Positions 1 through 9,900 of a stretch of DNA of 64,000 nt are shown here, in pieces. A program made the position numbers and the translations under genes. The DNA is from Eledone cirrhosa (lineage: Eukaryota), in contig OZ024745.1 of NCBI GenBank assembly GCA_964016885.1, positions 90,892,001-90,956,000 of the forward strand. The letters run 5' to 3'. Below the pieces are notes generated by a model. It was not told where the DNA came from. It saw only the letters and a list, made by a program, of their open reading frames with translations, and made no database searches. Within the stretch, counting starts at the first letter, position 1; the number at the start of each line of letters is the position of its first letter.

Positions 1-57
1 ATTAATAAGATAACAAAAGAATCTTAACTTAGCAAATTTAATAATATATAATTATAT

Positions 58-250
58 AATCATTTCATTTTACGTCTGCTTTGCCCTCCTTGCAAGGGTG
101 GGACAGGAACTGATTCTGGCTTGATTTCTACAGCTGGATACTCTTCCTAACACCAACCCCATTTACAGTGAGTGTTGGGGGCTTTTTTTTCCCGTGGCTC
201 CTACATGTCCACTTTACAGTGTGGGCTGGGTGCTTTTTTGCTGTGGCACC
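58..250 (-). mobile_element. Degenerate SINE fragment (RTE-associated type, body plus tail)
   Basis: Minus strand reads GGTTGGTGTTAGGAAGAGTATCCAGCTGTAG (about 129-159), close to the GGTTGGCGTTAGGAAGGGCATCCAGC motif I recall from RTE-related SINEs. A decayed (GAT)n-like tail lies near 58-67. There is an internal degenerate duplication of about 50 bp (160-200 vs 210-250). Family assignment is from memory, not a search. Confidence 0.55.
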
Positions 251-291
251 TCCACGACCACTTTGCAGTGGAATGATATGGACCCCAGTCC

Positions 292-434
292 TATCATCTC
301 ATTTCTACAGCTGAGTGAACTGGAGCAATGTGAAATAAAGTGTTTTGCTCAAGGAAACAACACATCACCCGGTCTGAGAATTGAACTCACAACCTTTCGA
401 TTGCAAGGCTCTAACCACTAAGCCATGTGCCTCC
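292..434 (-). mobile_element. tRNA-derived CORE-SINE fragment (head plus CORE domain)
   Basis: Minus strand has Pol III A box TGGCTTAGTGG (415-425) and B box GAGTTCAATTC (378-388). These are followed by TCCTTGAGCAAAACACTTTATTTCACATTGCTCCAGTTCACTCAGCTGTAGAAATGAG, which aligns by eye to the MIR-type CORE domain. Confidence 0.75.
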
Positions 435-485
435 ATATATATATATCACTCTACTGTTGTATTTTTGTTTGTGTAAACACAACAG

Positions 486-518
486 CAGGGAAAATGGACA
501 TTAAGTTATGATGATGAT
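486..518 (+). mobile_element. Short SINE/LINE 3' tail remnant
   Basis: GGGAAAATGGACATTAAGTTATGATGATGAT ends in (GAT)n, typical of RTE-type tails; very short. Confidence 0.35.
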
Positions 519-598
519 ATGTATAATAATGTAGAGAGGTCTGACTAACATTGGAAATAAAAGAGACTATTGTTGTTGCTGTTAAACAGCTCCAGTAA

Positions 599-624
599 GG
601 GGAGATAAGCCGACAAGGGCCTTG
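599..624 (-). repeat. 26-bp inverted copy of the hammerhead stem III/cleavage-site segment
   Basis: GGGGAGATAAGCCGACAAGGGCCTTG is the exact reverse complement of 752-777 and 1070-1095, and abuts the 5' breakpoint of the tandem unit. Confidence 0.9.
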
Positions 625-712
625 CCTGACCAACAATCGCTCTGTATAATCAGCTCCTGATTATTTACTAGAATTCTATAAGAATATAACATCAGTAATC
701 TCAGTAGACAGG

Positions 713-778
713 AGGGGTAGTTAGCCTTGATAAGCTTCAACAAAAGCAAAACAAGGCCCTTGTCGGCTTATCTCCCCT
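713..778 (+). ncRNA. Type I hammerhead ribozyme, U3-A8 variant, probably inactive (G12A)
   Basis: Same fold as 1031-1096, but position 748 is A rather than G, giving AAAA instead of GAAA. G12 is the catalytic general base. Confidence 0.65.
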
Positions 779-1030
779 GTTTGCTGAGATTAAAGTAAGT
801 GAATTTGTCACTACTCTAAAACAATAGCATACGTTCTTCAAAATGCTTTTAATTAAGCATAAAGTATATTGCAAAATACATTATATATACATCCATATAT
901 ATATTGCTATTTCAGAGCTCCAATTCTAATTTTTAATTTCTGCCTGACCAACAATTGCTCTGTATAATCAGCTCCTGATTATTTACTAGAATTCTATAAG
1001 AACATAACACCAGTAATCTCAGTAGACAGG

Positions 1031-1096
1031 AGGGGTAGTTAGCCTTGATAAGCTTCAACAAAAGCGAAACAAGGCCCTTGTCGGCTTATCTCCCCT
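1031..1096 (+). ncRNA. Type I hammerhead ribozyme with U3-A8 core variant
   Basis: Stem I AGCC(1041-44)/GGCT(1083-86), extendable by AGGGG/CCCCT. Core UUGAUAA (1045-51). Stem II GCTT-CAACAA-AAGC (1052-65). GAAA (1066-69). Quasi-palindromic stem III ACAAG-GCC-CTTGT. Cleavage triplet GUC (1080-82). Confidence 0.78.
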
Positions 1097-1181
1097 GTTT
1101 GCTGAGATTAAAGTAAGTGAATTTGTCACTACTCTAAAACAATAGCATACGGTCTTCAAAATGCTTTTTATATATACATCC

Positions 1182-1310
1182 ATATATATATATATATATA
1201 TATGCCGAGCTGAGGATCCGCTAAGGCGAAACAATTGTTCTTGGCATGGTGAACTAACTGTTATGTAACCACTTCTATATATATATATACATATATACAT
1301 ATATATATAC
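1182..1310. repeat. (TA)n microsatellite tracts (1182-1203 and about 1276-1310) flanking a short GC-richer insert
   Basis: Directly visible TA/TACA runs. Confidence 0.85.
1202..1247 (+). ncRNA. Minimal type I hammerhead ribozyme (Penelope-type)
   Basis: Stem I ATGCCGAG(1202-09)/CTTGGCAT(1240-47). Core CUGAGGA (1210-16). Short stem II tCC-GCTAA-GGc with a mismatched first pair. GAAA (1228-31). Palindromic stem III ACAATTGT. Cleavage triplet GUU (1237-39). Confidence 0.72.
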
Positions 1311-1558
1311 ACTGATAGTGTCCTCATTCTTTCTCAATACTTCTTTAATTATTAGACTATTCTCTTGTATTATCTGCCGCATGTATTCCACTCTGTGCTT
1401 TTAATTTTAATTTTAATTTTTGTACAATTCTCGTATAATATATGTCGCATCCATTCCACCCTGTAAATACGAAACTGTTATTCACAACATCAATATATAT
1501 GTATCTATATGATTGTTCAGTTGAATACAAGCTTAATTATATGTACAAACATTGATAA

Positions 1559-1605
1559 TGCTCTGATGACTGCGAATGAAAGTTTGGAAGAATCGATTGT
1601 CAGCA
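1559..1605 (+). ncRNA. Degenerate type I hammerhead motif
   Basis: Stem I TGCT/AGCA, core CTGATGA (1563-69), palindrome AATCGATT (1591-98) and GTC (1599-1601) are present. The GAAAC box is decayed to GGAAG and stem II pairs poorly. Confidence 0.45.
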
Positions 1606-1794
1606 ATTAAATGATTTGAACATAACTTTGATAATTGTGTAATTTATATTCCTGCTCTGTAAAACACCTGATGTTCTTACATTGAGCTATTTCTCTTACT
1701 GGTAATAGGGTAGTAAGAAATTACTGACCTTTCCTGTTTATAGTTGTTTATAGTATATACATAACTATAAATAGTATCATTATTATTATTATTA

Positions 1795-2287
1795 CTAGAC
1801 CATCCATGACCCGATGGGTCATGTTCACTTAAAAATAATTTTTAAATAATCGGAAGGGTCGGAAACCATGCTTTCCAGCATAGTTACGTCCCTTTACGAT
1901 CTGAGTTCAAATCCCGCCGAGGTTGACTTTGCCTTTCATCCTTACGGGGTCGATAAAATAAAGTACCAGTAATACACTGGATAATTGCTGGCCTTGTGCC
2001 AAAAAGTAGAAACAAATAATCAAAATATATACAGACATGTATATAATGTGTAATGAAATGTTCAATCTATTCTCTCACAACACTATCTTTTTCTCTCTGT
2101 TTATGAAGGTACCCGGAAAAACCCTGTATCTCGGGAACTCGTGCTCCGATTTACGTGAAGGTTGTTTTATTCCATTTGTGTTCTCATTTCAGGGTCAACT
2201 TCCTTTCAAAGTATTTTCCCCATTATGCGCCATTTCGGCTGTATTAAATTATAGACAAGAACACAATCACAGAGTTTTAATAGTATA
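1795..2287 (-). mobile_element. Non-autonomous Helitron-like element, copy A (interrupted by a SINE)
   Basis: The minus-strand 3' end has an 8-bp hairpin CATGACCC-GAT-GGGTCATG (1805-1823), then 6 nt, then CTAG (1795-98) followed by T. The body aligns with 2288-2590. Confidence 0.65.
1852..2013 (+). mobile_element. SINE with Meta-domain-like body, inserted with 8-bp TSD
   Basis: B box GAGTTCAAATCC (about 1903-14). Body GGTTGACTTTGCCTTTCATCCTTACGGGGTCGATAAAATAAAGTACCAG. Flanked by AAATAATC at 1844-51 and 2014-21. Absent from the paralogous site in Helitron copy B (about 2337-2345). Confidence 0.75.
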
Positions 2288-2595
2288 CTGGACCACCCAT
2301 GACTTGTTGGGTTATATTCACTTAAAATTATTTTTTAAATAATTAAAATATTCACAGACATGTCTCTCTTTTAATCTACTCTCTCACAACACTATCTCTT
2401 TCTCTATTTATGAAGGTACTCGTAAAAACCCTGTATCTCAGGAACCTGTGCCCCGATTTTCGCGAAACTTGTTTTATTCTATTTGTATTACCATTTCAGG
2501 AGCAACTTCCTTTCAAAGTATTTTCCCATTATGTGCCATTTTGGCAAATGGTATTAGTGTAAAGTCCTTATTCTCAGAGTTTAATTTTGTGCATA
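2288..2595 (-). mobile_element. Non-autonomous Helitron-like element, copy B (more decayed terminus)
   Basis: ACTGGACCACCCATGACTTGTTGGGTTATATTCACTTAAAA matches 1794-1834, and 2354-2545 aligns with 2031-2239. The terminus reads CCAG and the hairpin is degraded. The right boundary is approximate. Confidence 0.6.
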
Positions 2596-5500
2596 TGTAT
2601 TTCGTCTGTGTGTGTGCCCTCATGTTTAAGCATAAATTTAGATATATGTATATATGTGTATGCCCTAAGGACAGACACTGGTCTCTGGGAGACGCGGGAC
2701 GTAGCAGCGATGATGAAGGCCAAAACAACTGGAGAAAATTCGTTCATGGATCTTGGAAATTTTACCTGCCCTAGATAGATATGTATATATATGTGTGTAT
2801 TTGGTAGTATTTACACATAATCCTCTATTTAATTCTGAGTGCAAATGTGTGTGTGTATGTTCATATGTAACTTTCTATATAAATCATTTATTTATGAAAC
2901 CTGTTTTGAAAATTAGGTCAAACTATCAGAAATTCACCAGGGTAAGAATAGTCACACATTAGAACAGGTAATTATTTGGTGTTTTACCTGTTTTAATTGT
3001 GTTTGAAGCAACAACATTGCAAGCCCACTGAAAGAGATTTAAACAACATTGCAAGCCCACTGAAAGAGTTTTAAACAACATTACAAGCCCACTAAAAGTG
3101 TTTTAAACAACATTGCAAGCCCACTAAAAGTGTTTTAAAAAACATTGCAAGCCCACTGAAAGAGTTTTAAACCACATTGCAAGCCGACTAAAAGTGTTTT
3201 AAACAACATTGCAAGCGCACTGAAGGAGATTTAAACAACATTGCAAGACCACTAAAAGTGTTTTAAACAACATTGCAAGCCCAGTAAAAGTGTTTTAAAC
3301 AAGATTGCAAGCCCACTGAAAGAGTTTTAAAAAACATTGCAAGACCACTGAAAGTATTTTAATCAACATTGTAAGCCCATTGAAAGAGTTTTAAACAACA
3401 TTGCAAGCCCCCAAAAAGTGTTTTAAACAACATTGTAGGCCCACTGAAAGAGTTTTAAACATCATTGCAAGCCCACTAAGAGTGTTTTAAACAACATTGC
3501 AAGCCCACTGAATGAGTTTTAAACAACATTGCAAGCCCACTAAAAGTCTTTTAAACAACATTGCAAGCCCTCTAAAAGTGTTTTAAAAAACATTGCAAGC
3601 CCACTGAAAGTGTTTTAAACAGCATTGCAAGCCCATTGAAAGAGTTTTAAACAACATTGCAAACACACTAAAAGTGTTTTAGACAACATTGTAAGCCCAC
3701 TGAAAGAGTTTTAAACGAACTTGTAAGCTCACTGAAAGAGTTTTAAACAACATTACTAGCCCTCTGAAAGAGTTTTAAACAACATTGCAAGCCCTCTGAA
3801 AGAGTTTTAAACAACATTGCAAGCCCATTGAAAGAGTTTTAAACAACATTGCAAGCCCACTTTTAAACAACATTGCAAGCCCACTGAAAGAGTTTTAAAC
3901 AACATTGCAAGCCCACTAAAAGTGTTTTAAACAACATTGGAAGTCCACTAAAAGTGTTTTAAACAACATTGCAAGCCCACTGAAAGAATTTTAAACAACA
4001 TTGCAAGCCCACTAAAAGTGTTTTAAGAAACATTGCAAGCCCACTGAAAGTGTTTTAAACAGCATTGCAAGCCCACTGAAAGAGTTTTAAACAACATTGA
4101 AAGCCCACTGAAAGAGTTTTAAACAACATTGGAAGCCCACTGAAAGAGTTTTAAACAACATTGCAAGCCCACTAAAAGTGTTTTAAACAACATTGCAAGC
4201 CCTCTGAAAGACTTTTAAACAACATTGCAAGCCCACTAAAAGTGTTTTAAACAACATTGTAAGCCCACTGACAGAGTTTTAAACAAAATTGCAAGCTCAT
4301 TGAAAGAGTTTTAAACAACATTGCAAGCTCACTAAAAGTGTTTTAAACAACATTGCAAGCCCTCTAAAATGTTTTAAACAACATTGCAAGCCCACTGAGA
4401 GTGTTTTAAACAACATTGGAAGCCCACTGAAAGACTTTTAAACAACATTGCAAGCCCACTTTTAAACAACATTGCAAGCCCACTGAAAGAGTTTTAAACA
4501 ACATTGCAAGCCCACTAAAAGTGTTTTAAACAACATTGGAAGTCCACTAAAAGTGTTTTAAACAACATTGCAAGCCCACTGAAAGAATTTTAAACAACAT
4601 TGCAAGCCCACTAAAAGTGTTTTAAGAAACATTGCAAGCCCTCTGAAAGACTTTTAAACAACATTGCAAGCCCACTAAAAGTGTTTTAAACAACATTGTA
4701 AGCCCACTGACAGAGTTTTAAACAAAATTGCAAGCTCATTGAAAGAGTTTTAAACAACATTGCAAGCTCACTAAAAGTGTTTTAAACAACATTGCAAGCC
4801 CTCTAAAATGTATTAAACAACATTGCAAGCCCACTGAGAGTGTTTTAAACAACATTGGAAGCCCACTGAAAGACTTTTAAACAACATTGCAAGCCCACTG
4901 AAAGAGTTTTAAACAACATTGCAAGCCCACTAAAAGAGTTTTAAACAACATTGGAAACCCACTGAATGAGTTTTAAACAACATTGCAAGCCCACTAAAAG
5001 TTTTTTAAGTAACATTGCAAGCCCTCTAAAAATGTTTTAAACAATATCGCAAGCCCACTGAAAGTGTTTTAAACAGCATTGCTAGCCCACTGAAAGAGTT
5101 TTAAACAACATTGGAAGCCCACTGAAAGAGTTTTAAACAACATTGGAAGCCCACTGAAAGAATTTTAAACAACATTGCAAGCCCACTAAAAGAGTTTTAA
5201 ACAGCATTATAAGCCCACTGACAGAGTTTTAAACAAAATTGCAAGCTCATTGAAAGAGTTTTAAACAACATTGCAAGCTCACTAAAAGTATTTTAAACAA
5301 CATTGCAAGCCCACTGAAAGAGTTTTAAACAATATTGGAAGCCCACTGAAAGAATTTTAAACAATATTGCAAGCCCACTGAAAGAGTTTTAAACAACATT
5401 GCAAGTCCTCTGAAAGAGTTTTAAACAACATTGCAAGCCCACTTTTAAACAACATTGCAAGCCCACTGAAAGAGTTTTAAACAACATTGCAAGCCCACTA

Positions 5501-6999
5501 GAAGTGTTTTAAACAACATTGTAAGCCCACTAATAGTGTTTTAAACAACGTTGCAAGCCCACTGAAAGAGTTTTAAACAACATTGCAAACACACTGAAAG
5601 AGTTTTAAACAACATTGCAAGCCCTCTAAAAGTGTTTTAAACAACATTGCAAACCCACTGAAAGAGTTTTAACCAACATTGCAAGCCCACTAAAAGTGTT
5701 TTAAACAACATTGCAAGCCCACTGAAAGAGTTTTAAACCAAATTGCAAGCCCACTGAAAGTGTTTTAAACAACATTGTAGAGCACTAAAAGAGTTTTAAA
5801 CAACATTGCAAGTCCACAAAAAGTGTTTTAAAAAACATTGCAAGCCCACTCAAAGTGTTTTAAACAGCATTGCAAGCCCACTGAAAGACTTTTAAACAAC
5901 ATTGGAAGCCCACTGAAAGAGTTTTAAACAACATTGCAAGCCCACTGAAAGAGTTTTAAACATCATTGCAAGCCCACTAAGAGTGTTTTAAACAACATTG
6001 CAAGCCCACTGAATGAGTTTTAAACAACATTGCAAGCCCACTAAAAGTCTTTTAAACAACATTGCAAGCCCTCTAAAGGTGTTTTAAAAAACATTGCAAG
6101 CCCACTAAAAGTGTTTTAAACAACATTGTAAGCCCACTGACAGAGTTTTAAATAAAAGTGCAAGCTCATTGAAAGAGTTTTAAACAACATTTCAAGCCCA
6201 CTAAAAGTGTTTTAAACAACATTGCAAGCCCTCTAAAATGTTTTAAACAACATTGCAAGCCCACTGAGAGTGTTTTAAACAACATTGCAAGCCCTCTAAA
6301 ATGTTTTAAACAAGATTGCAAGCCCACTGAGAGTGTATTAAACAACATTGCAAGCCCACTAAAAGAGTTTTAAACAACATTGGAAGCCCACTGAAAGACT
6401 TTTAAACAACATTGCAAGCCCACTGAAAGAGTTTTAAACAACATTGCAAGTCCTCTGAAAGAGTTTTAAACAACATTGCAAGCCCACTTTTAAACAACAT
6501 TGCAAGCCCACTGAAAGAGTTTTAAACAACATTGCAAGCCCACTAAGGGTGTTTTAAACAACATTGCAAGCCCACTGAAAGACCTTTAAACAACATTGCA
6601 AGCCCACTAAAAGTGTTTTAAACAACATTGTAAGCCCACTGACAGAGTTTTAAACAAAATTGCAAGCTCACTGAAAGAATTTTAAACAACATGGCAAGCC
6701 CACTAAAAGTGTTTTAAACAACACTACTAGCCCTCTGAAAGAGTTTTAAACAACATTGCAAGCCCTCTGAAAGAGTTTTAAACAACATTGCAAGCCCATT
6801 GAAAGAGTTTTAAACAACATTGCAAACACACTAAAAGTGTTTTAAACAACATTGTAAGCCCACTGACAGAGTCTGAAACAAACTTGCAAGCTCACTGAAA
6901 GAGTTTTAAACAACATGGCAAGCCCCCCACTGAAAGTGTTCTAAATAACATTGCAAGCCCACTGAAAGAATTTTAAACAACAATGCAAGTCCTCTGAAA

Positions 7000-9900
7000 G
7001 AGTTTTCAACAACATTGCAAGCCCACTTTTAAACAACATTGCAAGCCCACTGAAAGAGTTTTACACAACATTGCAAGCCTACTAAAAGTGTTTTAAACAA
7101 CATTGGAAGTCCACTAAAAGTGTTTTAAACAACATTGCAAGCCCACTGAAAGAATTTTAAACAACATTGCAAGCCCACTAAAAGTGTTTTAAGAAACATT
7201 GCAAGCCCACTGAAAGTGTTTTAAACAGCACTGCAAGTCCACTGAAAGAGTTTTAAACAACATTGGAAGCCCACTGAAAGAGTTTTAAACAACATTGGAA
7301 GCCCACTGAAAGAGTTTTAAACAACATTGCAAGCCCACTAAAAGAGTTTTAAACAAAATTATAAGCCCACTGACAGAGTTTTAAACAAAATTGCAAGCTC
7401 ATTGAAAGAGTTTTAAACAACATTGCAAGCTCAATAAAGTGTTTTAAACAACATTGCAAGCCCTCTAAAATGTTTTAAACAACATTGCAAGCCCACTGAG
7501 AGTGTTTTAAACAACATTGCAAGCCCACTAAAAGAGTTTTAAACAACATTGGAAGCCCACTGAAAGACTTTTAAACAACATTGCAAGCCAACTGAAAGAG
7601 TTTTAAACAACAACATTGCAAGCCCACTAAATGTGTTTTAAACAACATTGGAAGTCCACTGAAAGAATTTTAAACAACATTGCAAGCCCACTGAAAGAAT
7701 TTTAAACAACATTGCAAGCCCACTGAAAGTGCTTTAAACAACATTGCAAGCCCACTAAAAGTGTTTTAAACAACATTGTAAGCCCACTGAAAGAGTTTTA
7801 AACAATATTGCAAGCCTACTGAAAGAGTTTTAAAGAACATTACAAGCCCACTGAAAGAGTTTTAAACAAGATTGCAAGCCCTCTAAAAGTGTTTTAAACA
7901 ACATTGCAAGCTCACTGAAAGTGTTTTAAACAGCATTGCAAGCCCACTGAAAGAGTTTTAAACAACATTGCAAGCCCACTGAAAGAGTTTTAAACAACAT
8001 TGGAAACCCACTGAATGAGTTTTAAACAACATTGCAAGCCCACTAAAAGTTTTTTAAGTAACATTGCAAGCCCTCTAAAAATGTTTTAAACAACATTGCA
8101 AGCCCACTGAAAGTGTTTTAAACAGCATTGCAAGCCCACTGAAAGAGTTTTAAACAACATTGGAAGCCCACTGAAAGAATTTTAAACAACATTGGAAGCC
8201 CACTGAAAGAGTTTTAAACAACATTGCAAGCCCACTAAAAGAGTTTTAAACAACATTATAAGCCCACTGAAAGACTTTTAAACAATATTGCAAGCCCACT
8301 GAAAGAGTTTTAAACAACATTGCAAGCCCACTAAAAGTGTTTTAAACAACATTGTAAGCCCACTAATAGTGTTTGAAACAACGTTGCAAGCCCACTGAAA
8401 GAGTTTTAAACAACATTGCTAACACACTGAAAGAGTTTTAAACAACATTGCAAGCCCTCTAAAAGTGTTTTAAACAACATTGCAAGCCCACTGAAAGAGT
8501 TTTAAACAACATTGCAAGCCCTCTAAAATGTTTTAAACAACATTGCAAGCCCACTGAGAGTGTTTTAAACAACATTGCAAGCCCACTAAAAGAGTTTTAA
8601 ACAACATTGGAAGCCCACTGAAAGACTTTTAAACAATATTGCAAGCCCACTGAAAGAGTTTAAACAACATTGCAAGTCCTCTGAAAGAGTTTTAAACAAC
8701 ATTGCAAGCCCACTTTTAAACAACATTGCAAGCCCACTGAAAGAGTTTTAAACAACATTGTAAGCCCACTAATAGTGTTTGAAACAACGTTGCAAGCCCA
8801 CTGAAAGAGTTTTAAACAACATTGCAAACACACTGAGAGAGTTTTAAACAACATTGCAAGCCCTCTAAAAGTGTTTTAAACAACATTGCAAGCCCACTGA
8901 AAGAGTTTTAACCAACATTGCAAGCCCAATAAAAGTGTTTTAAACAACATTGCAAGCCCACTGAAAGAGTATTAAAACATATTGCAAGCCCACTGAAAGT
9001 GTTTTAAACAACATTGTAGAGCACTAAAAGAGTTTTAAACAACATTGCAAGCCCCCTGAAAGAGTTTTAAACAATATTGCAAGCCCACTAAAAGAGTTTT
9101 AAACAACATTGGAAGCCCACTAAAAGAGTTTTAAACAACATTGCAAGCCCACTAAAAGTGTTTTAAACAACATTGCAAGCCCACTGAAAGACTTTTAAAC
9201 AACATTGCAAGCCAACTGAAAGAGTTTTAAACAACAACATTGCAAGTCCTCTGAAAGAGTTTTAAACAACATTGCAAGCCCACTTTTAAACAACATTGCA
9301 AGCCCACTTTTAAACAACATTGCAACCCCACTGAAAGAGTTTTAAGCAACATTGCAAGCCCTCGAAAATGTTTTAAACAACATTGCAAGCCCACTGAGAG
9401 TGTTTTAAACAACATTGCAAGCCCACTAAATGTGTTTTAAACAACATTGGAAGTCCACTGAAAGAATTTTAAACAACATTGCAAGCCCACTGAAAGAATT
9501 TTAAACAACATTGCAAGCCCACTGAAAGTGCTTTAAACAACATTGCAAGCCCACTAAAAGTGTTTTAAACAACATTGTAAGCCCACTGAAAGAGTTTTAA
9601 ACAATATTGCAAGCCTACTGAAAGAGTTTTAAAGAACATTACAAGCCCACTGAAAGAGTTTTAAACAAGATTGCAAGCCCTCTAAAAGTGTTTTAAACAA
9701 CATTGCAAGCTCACTGAAAGTGTTTTAAACAGCATTGCAAGCCCACTGAAAGAGTTTTAAACAACATTGCAAGCCCACTGAAAGAGTTTTAAACAACATT
9801 GGAAACCCACTGAATGAGTTTTAAACAACATTGCAAGCCCACTAAAAGTTTTTTAAGTAACATTGCAAGCCCTCTAAAAATGTTTTAAACAACATTGCAA

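Larger units (their letters stand above)
623..1190 (+). mobile_element. Partial tandem of a 318-bp hammerhead-bearing unit (Penelope-like pLTR / non-LTR retrozyme-like)
   Basis: 623-850 and 941-1168 are near-identical at offset 318. TATATATACATCCATATATA recurs at about 883 and about 1169 after a short deletion. Each copy has one hammerhead motif, and an inverted segment sits at the 5' end. Confidence 0.7.

Noticed and set aside
360-434. Possible tRNA gene (A and B boxes)
   Set aside because: No complete cloverleaf, and it continues into a CORE domain, so it is a SINE head.
1365-1465. Short degenerate direct repeat (TGCCGCATGTATTCCACTCTGT / TGTCGCATCCATTCCACCCTGT)
   Set aside because: Only two diverged copies of about 25 bp; nothing further can be supported.
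2661-2773. GC-richer island flanked by TGCCCTA with a faint hammerhead-like layout (CTAAGGA...GGAGAC...GTA)
   Set aside because: Both core boxes are mutated and the stems are weak; the 7-bp direct repeat could be chance.
194-2962. Short ORFs in the first 3 kb
   Set aside because: They run through SINE, Helitron and microsatellite sequence, are low complexity and show no protein motifs.
3010-3105. Transcription-factor-like motifs in the monomer (TAAACAA forkhead-like, TTGCAA C/EBP half-site)
   Set aside because: Short, imperfect matches expected by chance in AT-rich DNA; no supporting evidence.
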